64,000 nt of DNA from Leucoraja erinacea. Its lineage: Eukaryota. The notes under the pieces are model-generated. The model ran no database searches, was not told the origin of the DNA, and saw only the letters and a list, made by a program, of their open reading frames with translations. The translations under genes were made by a program, and so were the position numbers. The stretch covers positions 22,382,001 through 22,446,000 of the forward strand of contig NC_073402.1 of assembly GCF_028641065.1 (NCBI RefSeq), in the 5' to 3' direction. This document shows, one piece after another, positions 1-11,900 of this stretch (position 1 is its first letter; each line of letters starts with the position of its first letter).

Positions 1-149
1 GGCCCTTGTGGCTAAAGGGATCAGGGGGTATGGAGAGAAGGCAGGTACAGGATACTGAGTTGGATGATCAGCCATGATCATATTGAATGGTGGTGCAGGC
101 TCGAAGGGCCGAATGGCCTACTCCTGCACCTATTTTCTATGTTTCTATG
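1..149 (+). mobile_element. CR1 (HER1-like) LINE 3' end
   Basis: GATCAGCCATGATCATATTGAATGG..GAAGGGCCGAATGGCCTACTCCTGCACC followed by a TTTCTATG repeat tail. Confidence 0.85.
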
Positions 150-248
150 GTTCTAATTCCCTTGTACAACTTCATCATGGTGAATTTTGTTTCATGTTAG
201 ATGCAAACTTGGCATTTTGTCCCTCACACAATGAATAGTAGAGCCTAC

Positions 249-563
249 GAGAGTAGGGAAGATTCAAACAAGGGGACATGACTTGAGAATTAAGGGACAG
301 AAGTTTAGGGGTAACATGAGGGGGAACCTCTTTACTCAGAGAGTGGTGGCTGTGTGGAATGAGCTTCCAGTGAAGGTGGTGGAGGCAGGTTTGTTTTTAT
401 CATTTAAAAATAAATTGGATAGTTATATGGACGGGAAAGGAATGGAGGGTTATGGTCTGAGCGCAGGTGTATGGGACTAGGGGAGAATACGTGTTCGGCA
501 CGAACTAGACGGGTCGAGATGGCCTGTTTCCATGCTGTAATTGTTATATGGTTATATATGGTT
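249..563 (+). mobile_element. CR1 LINE 3' fragment (family B)
   Basis: RGNLFTQRVVAVWNELP motif; TATATGGT repeat tail; near-identical to 36050-36328. Confidence 0.85.
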
Positions 564-587
564 AAGGACCAATCCTTATGGTTCATG

Positions 588-762
588 TTTAAGAAGGAAC
601 TGCAGATGCTGGAAAATGGAAGGTAGACAAAAATGCTAGAGAAACTCAGCGGGTGAGGCAGCATCTATAATGGAGCAAACGAAATAGGCAACGTTTCCTA
701 TTTCCTTCGCTCCATAGATGCTGCCTCACCCGCTGAGTTTCTCCAGCATTTTTGTCTACCTC
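588..762. repeat. Penelope-derived fold-back element with 10-bp TSD
   Basis: Inverted arms; ATGGTTCATG at 578-587 and 763-772. Confidence 0.75.
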
Positions 763-2297
763 ATGGTTCATGATTGGTTTGGTTCACAGGCTCTGCAGCA
801 GGAACAGATGTTTGAGCTCAGGGATGAAGGAGGCAGATGACAGGGCCTATGAGCTGCTGAGATGGAGACCAGAGATACCAGGAGTGGGCTGAACAATTTA
901 GCTCATTGCTTTTGTAGAGCTGGTACAGAATATGCTATATCAAAATAGTTGTCAATATTTCAAAGAAGAGCATTGTAATGCCGGGGAAAACTACCATACT
1001 CTTTGAAAAATAGTCTGTAAAGTTGCTGATCCTATTGGAGGGAACTCTGTTTTTTCTGTTCAGGTCTGAAGAAGGGTTTCGGCCCAAAACGTTGCCTATT
1101 TCCTTCGCTCCATAGATGCTGCTGCACCCGCTGAGTTTCTCCAGCATTTTTTTGTGTACCTTCTGTTTTTTATCACATCAGGGGGATCTTCCCATGTAAA
1201 AAAATTACTGCTAAATGCCCTATGTTTCAACAGAAGCTGCCCTCACACTTGTTTGGCTGTAAAGTGTTGTGACACATTCTAAGCATTTATTTCACATGCA
1301 CAAGTCTCTCTTTCCTTATCTCAGCCGCTGCCACCCACTCTTCAATACTACTCCTTTTCCAATACATGCACGGAATTAGCGGAAGATATCCTTTTGGTGA
1401 ACAAAGCAGGAGAACAGATTACTTTCTATACACTGAGAGATTGTTTGATGTCAATTTTCAATGGGACTTGGGTGTGCTTGTTCAAAAGTCACGACAAGCT
1501 AATATGCATGTGCAGTAAGCAGATAGGAAGGCAAGTAGTATGTTGTCCTTCACTAGGAAAAGATCTGAGTAATAGATCTCTAGATGTTCACTTATAATTT
1601 CATAAGTCCTTAGTGAAACTGTACCTGCAGTATTGCGTACACATTGGTCTTTCTACCTAAAAAATGGATACGCATGCCAAAGATGGAATGCCACAAAGAT
1701 TAACTATTTTTGTTCAGGGATGGGTGGTTTGCTAGCGGAGGAGATTCTGAGTAGACTAGACTTCTGTACAGATTAGAAGTATAAGAGGAGAGTACAACAT
1801 TCTTACAGGATCCAATAAATTGGATTTTTGTTGGTTGTTTTCCCTGGCTGAGGAATCTAGAACCAAGCACCATGGTCTCAGAATAAGGGGGAGATGTTTG
1901 GGACTGAAAGAGTAAACATTTATTTGGATTTCGCCACCCTGGAGGATTGATACATTTCGAGATATTAAAGGATTCAGGGGATTTGTGATGTGGGAATAAT
2001 GCAGGGAAACGAGATCAGTTGCAATCATGGTGGAGCATGTTCAACGTGCTCGTGGGATCCTCCTGTTCCTGTTTCTTACGAAGCCAAGATGAGCCGAACA
2101 GTGTCGCCATCTCAGGTGGAATCCAGTCTGGGTTTGCTTTTAGATCAGTGTGAACTAAACAGAACCAAATGAAGACAGGACTTAATCGGCAAACAACTGC
2201 ACTCGGGACGGCAATCTGCTCAACTGTCCATCAAAAAATGTGCATTAAATGAATTACTGAAGGTCAGGACAGTATTTGCCACTGAATGTGAGAAACA

Positions 2298-2496
2298 NNN
2301 NNNNNNNNNNNNNNNNNNNNNNNNNNNNNNNNNNNNNNNNNNNNNNNNNNNNNNNNNNNNNNNNNNNNNNNNNNNNNNNNNNNNNNNNNNNNNNNNNNNN
2401 NNNNNNNNNNNNNNNNNNNNNNNNNNNNNNNNNNNNNNNNNNNNNNNNNNNNNNNNNNNNNNNNNNNNNNNNNNNNNNNNNNNNNNNNNNNNNNNN
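2298..2496. other. Assembly gap (N run)
   Basis: About 200 consecutive N. Confidence 1.
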
Positions 2497-2839
2497 TGTT
2501 TCACTGAAGGGGAGGAATATACATGGAATTAAGCCCAACAGTGCTGCTGCTTACTCTTTGGGGATTACTGTTTCATGTGCAACACGATTCTCTTGTTTGC
2601 AAAGAGTGTGTTTTGTAACAACATATGAAGGAAGCAAAAGGACAGGGTCCCCAGCAGGTTCAGGGCAGGAATGAGCAATGCCCAACAAAAGATTGGGACA
2701 GGTTGTGTACAACACAAACAGACAGAATCATCCACTCACCAAGGATATCACCAAGGGCTTTATTAGCACTGACCTTCAGTTTGAGCAGAACCAAGATACA
2801 GGAGAGAGGCGCAGCACAGTGACGACTGCAATTTGAACA

Positions 2840-2966
2840 ATGAGCTTCGCAGAGTTTTATTTTAATGTGGACAATGGTTACCTGGAGGGTTTGGTCAGGG
2901 GGTTTAAAGGTGGCATCCTGAAGCAAGCAGATTTCCTCAACCTGGTGCAATGTCAGACTTTGGAGG
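2840..2966 (+). CDS. V-ATPase subunit d exon 1
   Basis: ATG at 2840; [42 protein letters not shown]; donor gtgagt at 2967. Confidence 0.95.
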
Positions 2967-5900
2967 GTGAGTTCCAGCTCTTTTTTCCAGTTCTCTGCCT
3001 TTGAATGTTGTTGGGAGTGTTCAATAGATGCCACAAAATTACTCCCTACACATAATTAATCACCTGCGGCTTAACTACTGAATATTGGCATGAGTGAGAG
3101 GAAATGTAGCTGGGGCAGAATGAGAGGTGGACAGTGACAGTGGAAGGGAGTGAAAATACTGGGATAGGTGGGAAAGCAAGTAGTTAAAACATGGGACATG
3201 CAAAGAGTTATAGATAAGCTGTGTAACTGGGCAAAGCCTTGGCAGATGCAGTATAACAATGGGAAATACCGTATGGGGATATTCACTTTAGTAGGAAGAA
3301 CACAAAAGAACAAAAGAACTACAAATTGAGAGAGATTATAGAATTGTACTGTAAAAAAAGGATCTAGGAATTCTTGAACATACGAACAATTAGTGTATAG
3401 AAACTCCTGGAAATTGAATGAAAACGGAAGATTGGAAGAAAGGGGAATGAGTAGTGAAGTCTCACTAAATTGATACAGAGCATTGGGGATGCCATACCTG
3501 TATACAGTATTGGTGGTCTATTTTCAAGAGGTATATATTTCCTTGGTGACAGTTATGTGTTCACTTGGTTTACTCCTGGGATGAATCGGTTGTATTCTGT
3601 TGAAATGTTGTACAGATTGAAAGTTTACTCAGTGAAGTTTAAAAGAATGACAGGTTTTCTTACTAAAACTTAGATTCTGAAGGAACTTAACAATGTTAAT
3701 AGGGGATCTAATGTAAGAATCACGATTCGCCATTTAAAATGGAAGAGAAACGTATCCCCTCAAGGTCGTGTGTCTTTGGAATTCTTTACCTCAAAGAACC
3801 ATAGTGTCTGACTCATTAATTACATCCAAGAAAGAGATTTTTGGTTTTAAGGGCAGTCAAGTGTCAATGGTGAGATGGGGATCTTATAGAAACTTACAAA
3901 ATCCTTAAGGGGTTGGACAGGCTAGATGCAGGAAGATTATTCCAGATGTTGGGGAAGTCCAGAACTAGGGGGTCACAGTTTAAGGATAAGAGGGAAGTCT
4001 TTTAGGACCGAGAGGAGAAAATCATATTTTACACACAGAGTGGTGAATCTGTGGAATTCTCTGCCACAGAGGGTAGTTGAGGCCAGTTCATTGGCTATAT
4101 TTAAGAGGGAGTTAGATGTGGCCCTTGTGGCTAAGGGGGATCAGGGGGTATGGAGAGAAGGCAGGGATGGGATACTGAGTTGGATGATCAGCCATGATCA
4201 TATTGAATGGCGGTGCAGGTTCGAAGGGCCGAATGGCCTACTCCTGCACCTATTTTCTATGTTTCTATGTGAGCAGCCAAAGTGGAGCAGAGGCTAAGAT
4301 CAGATCAGGTATGATCAGATAGAATGGTGGGACAGACTTACGGAGACAATGTGTGTAAGAAATAAGCTTTTGCAATTGGGGTCTGAAAGAAAGGTCTCGA
4401 CCTGATACACCACCCATTCCTTCTCTCCAGAGATGCTGCATGTCCCGCTGAGTTACTCCAGCATTTTGTGTCTAGTCTTGAGGAGACGTGTTGCTTATTT
4501 CCGGTGCTCTTCAAATTCTCATTGTCTAAATAATTTCTTGTACTACACAAGGCAATAACCATCTCCAACAAATGAGTCCAAAACCCTCCCCTGGCAATGG
4601 CATTAACAAAGACAAACCCAGACCACCAACATTCTGACAATCACTGGACTAGCTAATGGCTGATGAACAGGCAACAGACTGGTCATCGTGGGGCTCATTT
4701 CCTGATTCCCCCAAATTTCCCCCTAAATCAGAAGCATGTTGGATGAAATTTCGACTGCAAAGGATGACCCCACCCGAGATGAAGCAGTCAACTTAACTGG
4801 CACCCAAGCCATGTTCCACAGCCACTCTTTAAAATCTCTGGGACATAGATCACCGATCCTTGGGATTGTTCAACTTTCATCAACTACTCTAGTACATGGG
4901 CTTCCTAGGTAATGAATGATCTGATGCGGAAATCCAACTTTACACAAATTCCATACACTTCAGGCTAGTAGTAATCATAAAATATTTCACGGTATTTATC
5001 AATGACTGGATATGTTCTTTTAATTGAATTACTGTTAGGGTGATCATTCAATGAAGTGAAAGAATGATAGCAGGTGTATGTAGAATGACATACAGGTCAC
5101 TATTGGAAACAGGCATTTCTGATTAATGGGGAAATCAGATTATGAACAATATTCAGGTACTGAATCCAAATGGTATCCAGGTTGGTTGGAATTGACTTGT
5201 GGGTAAAGGGCATGTTTTCACTCTGCATCTCCAAACGAATATCAATACTAATTAAGCCTGCAGTTCCTCATTCTCTCCTTTGTTCTCTGGTATTTCTGAC
5301 AGATTTTGGGGTCTTTTAGGGAGATGAACACATAACTTCTTTCATTTTGCTGCCATTTTCTTATTTTCCTCTAAGAAATGTCCCCTCACCTGAAATGGAC
5401 CCACCTTTGCCTTCATTGGTCTTTTCCTTTTACAAGTTCCTGACAAATATCAAAGATCAAGGGAATTGTAGCCATACCACAAAATATTAATATCAGGTCA
5501 TTATCACATATTTATTAGACCGTGTGTTTCCCACAACATAACATTAGTCACATTATAATAGGTACAGGTATAGTTCATTGGATGGAAAGTGTTTTGAAAT
5601 AACTCAAGGTCAGGTAAACCACTTTCGAAATGCTGGTCTTTATTTTTACTAATTGGTTCATTAGAGAGAGAGAAGAGAAGGTTGTTTATTCCTAGGAGTC
5701 CATGACATCCTGGTGTTATTTCCACCAAGGATTAACATTTTGACTTTTAATTAAATTCCATCTAAAGTATTGCATGTATTGAGCAAGGTTTGTTGTGTTC
5801 CTTGAGGTCCTTGTTTAACTGGAGGCAATCTTGCTGTTTTTCTGCAGACTTGAAGTTCCATCTCCAGAGCACGGACTATGGAAGTTTCCTGTCCAATGAA

Positions 5901-8900
5901 TCTGGCCCTCTCACTGTATCAGTGATCGATGATAAATTGAAACAGAAACTGCTGCTGGAATTTGTCTACCTGAGGAACCATGCGCTGCAGCCACTCACCA
6001 CCTTCCTGGATTACATCACGTTAGTAACAAGGACTTTGTACTGATTTATTCCAACACTGAGTTAGGAAAGTGACTGCAAACGTGTGTCTGAAAAAATCGC
6101 ATCTTGTTCATGCAAAAACATATTCATTAGCAAGCAAATAATAAGAGAATAACTGTAAGTGATTGGCATTGAAGTATGATTGGTTAGCACGCAACAAAAG
6201 CTTGTCACTGTATCTCGGTACACATGACAATAAACTAAATGCAAATTCAGTCAATAGCTGGGTTATATTGGGTTGTACTGGACTGCACTGTCTTTGTTTT
6301 GGGCTATATTGGGTATTAACTTACAATGTTAACCTCCCAAAATCCTTGATTCAGAGCTCAACTATTTTTAAATATTATCCTTACTAATTGCTACAGAGGT
6401 CAATGTTACACATGGCCATTGTTTTAAAGGTACAGCTACATGATTGACAATGTTATCCTGCTGATTACGGGCACACTGCGCCAACGTCCCATCTCTGAAC
6501 TCCTCCCTAAATGCCATCCCCTGGGCAGCTTTGAACAGATGGAAGCCGTCCATATTGCCCAGACTCCGGCCGAGCTCTACAATGCTATCCTGGTTGACAC
6601 ACCACTAGGTAAGAGAAGGCTCTGTGTCTGTGAAATAGGCTGCAGGAGTTCAGCCATGTCTCCAATCTTCAACTGACATTTTGTTTTAAATGCAGATGCT
6701 GAAAATCCCAAATAATCTAAAATAAAAACAGAAATTGCAGGAAATACTCAGCAGGTCAGGCAGCAAAGGAGACAGTGTAGAGGGCAAGAATGCTGACAAT
6801 TCAGGTCAGTGACCCTTCATCAGATTTGTTTGGAGGGCATAAGAATTTAAATGGGAAGCAACAATTGACACCATTTGCGGTTAGGAGTAGATCATTAATT
6901 TGTCCATACAAAGCCAATATCTATGAGAATTGAAGAAAGACACAAAGTGCTGGAGTAACTCAGCGGGTCAGGCAGGCGATGTTTCAGGTTGGGACCCTTC
7001 TACAGACTGGGCCATGAAACCTTCCTGATGGAGGATGGAGGTGTAAAGAGGCAAAGGGGGCCTGGAAACCATGGCAGATCCCCAAAGTCCCCAATTCCCT
7101 GAGCTTTCATACATTTATCTCTCCTCCACTTTAAATACTCCCAATGATCTAGCCTTCGCAACACTCTTGGGTAGAAAATTCCAGAGATTCACCACTCTGC
7201 AAAAATAAATTCCAGTGTACCTCAGCATTAAATGACCATTAAATAATGCATTTCGTTGTCTCTGTACTGTACATTAAATGACCAGCTGAGCCCATTATTT
7301 TGAAATTATGAACCCCCCCCCCTCCTTTCCACCCCCCAGCATTTTGAGACTCTCAGTGTGAAAACATCTCAAATGTCTACTTTATCAAGGCCCCTTAGGA
7401 TCTTGTGTTCCAATAAAGCCATCCTTGTTCTTCTAAGCGCAAAATAAAAAAACAGACCCAACCTGTTTAGCATCTCCTGATAAAGTGCTGGAGTAACTCG
7501 ACGGGTCAGGCAGGTGATGTTTCAGTGAGAGAGGTAGACCCAGGACAGAGAGGTCGGATTGGGAATGGGAGGGGGAGTTGAAGTGCTGAGCCACCGGGAG
7601 TTCAGGTAGGTTATTGCAGACCGAGCGGAGGTGTTCGGCGAAACGATCGCCCAACTGCCGCTTAGTCTCCCCGATGTAAATCAGCTGACATCTAGAGCAG
7701 CGGATGCAGTAGATGAGGTTGGAGGAGATACAGGTGAACCTTTGTCGCACCTGGAACGACTGCTTGGGACCTTGAATGGAGTCGAGGGGGGAGGTGAAGG
7801 GACAGGTGTTGCTTTAGACCCAGGACAAGGTGATGTTTCAGGTTGGGACCCTCTCAGCCCAGCAATTATTCAGTTGAATCTTTTTTGGATTGCCTTCTAC
7901 GCTACTATATCACTGCTTTGATAAGGGAACCAAAACTGCGCACAGATTTCCAGATATGACCTAATCGACACCTGCAATATTGTAACAAAATGTCTACACT
8001 CCAAACCCTTTGCAGTAAAGGCTAAACTGCCACCTGCTTCTTGCTGCTTTGTGTGATGTCTCTCTGTACTCTCTCATTTGCACTCTCCCATTTCATTGTA
8101 CGGCGTTTTACTAATTTAAAAGCAATAATGGGAATCAAATATAAATTATATTTGTCAAATCATCCTTAGTCATCAGGAGTTATGGAAAGGGGTACATAAT
8201 TAAAAAGTTGTGTTTCCACTATTAATTCATGCTAATATATTGAATAAATGAAATAGTGAAAGCACGCATTTTCCTTTTGCTGTTCATGTCTTCATGTTTT
8301 CTGTTAGTCTTATTCACACTCTTAAAAATATTCTGTACTCCGTGAAAACACTTCTTATTTGTCATTTGCTAAGAGTAGCTACATTCTCACAGCCTTCAAT
8401 TCAAATGTCTTAACACTTTTCTGCCTAAGCTTATTCACTCGTTGTTCCTTCCAACCGTTTCCTATTTTGCAGCCACAAGTTTGGAACTTATCAGGAGGCT
8501 GAGAGTCTCAGTGGGTCTAGGTCCACACATAAGGCACAGAACCCCCTCACAGTTTGACTGGTCAGTACAAGAAGCCGTCTCTGTACAGCTGATCAATGCA
8601 ATGGACGACTTGTTTTTCCATGTGACTGCTCTGTGTGGGTAATGTCCAGTGTAACTAGTCAGTGCAGGGGGTCGGGACCCTTCTTGTGGCCCCCAGCTTA
8701 TTCTAGCTCTGTCACAGAATACACTTGTCATTAAACCATTTTTCTAGTGGTGTTGGTATGATTACACTGAACATTAATTTTCTGATTTTCATTCCTCAGC
8801 TTCCTTCTTCCAAGACTGCATCTCAGAGAATGACCTGGATGAAGTCAATATTGAAATATTACGAAACAAACTTTACAAGGTAACAGCTGCAGAGTGAGGG

Positions 8901-11900
8901 GTAGATTAGTTCATAAATTCATAAGTTATAGGAGCAGCATTAGACCATTCGGCCCATCAAGTTTACTCCTCCATTCAATCATGGCTAATCTATCTTTCCC
9001 TCACAACCCAATTCTCATGCTTTCTCTCCATAATCCCTGACATCCGTACTAATCAAGATACATTCCAGCATGTAATTCTTCCAGGTGTATGTTATTGCAT
9101 TTAAACCGCCCTTGAATCCTAGAATAGAATACAGTCCATCATTCACACTGTGGGTCAGGCAGCATCTGTGGAGTGAAATGGACAAAGAATGGTTCGGGTT
9201 GGGACTCTTCTTCAGTCTCTTGTGTCTCTTCTAAAGAAGACGTCGGGTATGCTTGCCTTCATTGGTTGAGTATAAGATACAGGAGGTTACGATGCAGCTT
9301 TATAAAACTATAGTTAGGCTGCATTTAGAGTATCGTGTGCAGTTCTGTTCACCTACTCACAGGAAGAATGTGGAGGGTTTGCAGAGGGGGCAGAAGAGGT
9401 TTAATAAAATGCTGCCCGGATTGGAGGGTATTACCTATGAGGGGAGGTTGGACAAACCTGGATTGTTAGCTTTGGAACATGAGGGATTGAGGGGAGACCT
9501 AATAGGAAGTATGTAAAATTACAAGAGGCATAAATAGGGTAGACAGTCAGAAACTTGTTCCAGGGTGGAAATGTCAAAGACAGAGGGCATAACTTTAAGG
9601 TCAGAGGAGAGAAAGTTTAAAGGAGATGTGCAGGGCAAGTTTTTTTTACACTGAGTGAGGTAGGTGCCTGAAATGTGCTGTTGGGGTGATGTTGGTGGAA
9701 ACGAATATGACAGTGATGTTTAACAAGCATTTGGATATGCTGGGAATAAAGGGATATGGACCACGTGCAGGCTGAGTGGATTAACCTAGCATCATGTTCG
9801 GCACCGGCGGGGGACCGAAGGGCCTGTTCCTGTGCTGTACTGCTCTATGTTCGATGTTCCATTCACTCTCAGTGTTATTCCATGTAAAACCACGTGAATC
9901 CCAAGTTGAATTACATTTTATCTGACATTGCTAAGACCTCATCTATGATTTCCTGCTCACGAGCTGATACTTTGCTGTTTCAGGCTTATCTCGAATCGTT
10001 TTACAGCTTCTGTAAAGAGCAAGGTGGGCAGACGGAACAGGTGATGTGCCCCATACTGGAGGTAGGAACAGCAACAACTTCCACTGAGTGGGTTTATCTG
10101 TAAAGTACAGCCTCGTGGGCCTGAATCCATTCAGTTGGTTGTTAAGGCGTTGAAACAAGTAGGGGCTTGAGTTTGAATACATCACAGAAGTGTCTGCTAT
10201 GGCCAGTGGACCTTTCTGTGGGGGTGGGGATGCTTTAAAGATTCTCCATGCCTGTCACATGACTCTAGAACAAGTATTGTCCAACTCTGAGTCTGTTTTG
10301 GGGGTTTCAGACAGGCTAAAACAATAGATTGGCAAAACATAATTGTGGAGATTGACAAATGTGGTAAAATATCATCTGGAATCTTATTCAAAGAACAACA
10401 GGCACAGGGAGCTAAGTAATTGCTTCTCTTTTGTTCATTTAAAAAACTATGCTCAGGTAAACTACATATTAAAATTATTCTCAATAAACGCACCATAAAA
10501 AACATGCTGTCAGGATGCATTACAACCTGGTTTGGCAAATGCTCTTCCCAAAACCGCGAGAAATTGCAATGAGTTGTGGATACGGTCTAGTCCATCACAC
10601 AGACCAGTTTTCATACACCCCCCCCCCCCCCTTCGACTACACAACATGCCCCCAACATAATCAAGGACCACTTACACCCTTGTTATTCCATTTTCTCAAC
10701 TCTTCTATTGGGCAAAAGTTACAAAAGCTTGAAGGTACATGCCATTGGATTCAGGAACAGCTTCTTCCCCGCTGTTATCAACTTACTGAACAAACCTCTC
10801 ATAAACTAAGGGTGTTGTCCTCATCTCCCAACCTACTTCACTGTGACCTTGCGCTTTGTTATTTACCTGCACTTTATCTGCAGCTGCAACACTGTAATGC
10901 TGTAGCAATATATTCTGCATTCTGTTTTTTTCTTCCTGCACAACCCATTGTGCGTGTGTCTGGCTTGATTGTAATCAAGTGTAGTTTGATTTGACTGAAA
11001 TTCAAGCAAATTTGTTCACTGAATATCGGTACGTAACAATAATAAACCAATTAAATGGAGAACAAATTGTGATGATACTATCCCACGTAGCGATTTACAA
11101 CAAAAGGGAGGATTGTTGGATGGTGATGTTATTCCTATTCAGTAAAGGAGTGAAAGGTTCAGGGAACTAAAGACCAGTCGTTTAATAACAATGGTTCTAA
11201 AATCTTTACTGAAAGATGTGACAGAAAAACATACAAGGGCAGAAAATGCAACAAAGACTAAAAAAGGGATGTTCATGCTGCATCAATAATATTGAACTCT
11301 TTAAAGCAATCGAGCAGATATAAGTTATGTAAAATTGTGAATTTCCAAAAAGGCGTCAAAAATTACCTGACAATAGACTCAGTTCAGTGCAGGGAGAAGA
11401 AGAGAAAGCATTGACTATAAAATGGGGAATAAAGGATTCTCATGAAACAACCAGGTGCTGTTCCACGGTAATCAGTGCAGGACTCACTCTTGCTCTAAGC
11501 AACATAACAAATACAGAAGCAGAAATATTTCCCTCAATCTACTCTGCCATTCAGCACCAAATAGCATAAATTCAGGCCTAGAGCATTTGGGCCAAATGTC
11601 ATATTTTGGCGTTGTGTTTTTTGTGACTAACCACAGTCACATTCTAGGGGTCAATCTTACTTCTCAGTAACTTCTCCCTCTAGTTTGAAGCTGACCGCCG
11701 TGCTTTCATCATCACCCTGAACTCCTTTGGCACGGAGCTGAGCAGAGAGGTCCGGTCGGCCCTGTACCCTTGCTGTGGGCGGCTGCATCCTGATGGTTTA
11801 GCTGTCTTGTCCAATGCTGAAGACTTTGAGCACGTGCGTGCCGTGGCTGAATATTACGCGGTATGTTGTCTTCCTGATACTTCAGCTCCTGATGACCGAG

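Noticed and set aside
2523-2618. 31-aa ORF with a signal-peptide-like start (MELSPTVLLLTLWGLLFHVQ..) just upstream of the d-subunit ATG, considered as an agouti-type first exon
   Set aside because: No good splice donor, no downstream Cys-knot exon, and no room before the ATG at 2840; likely chance.
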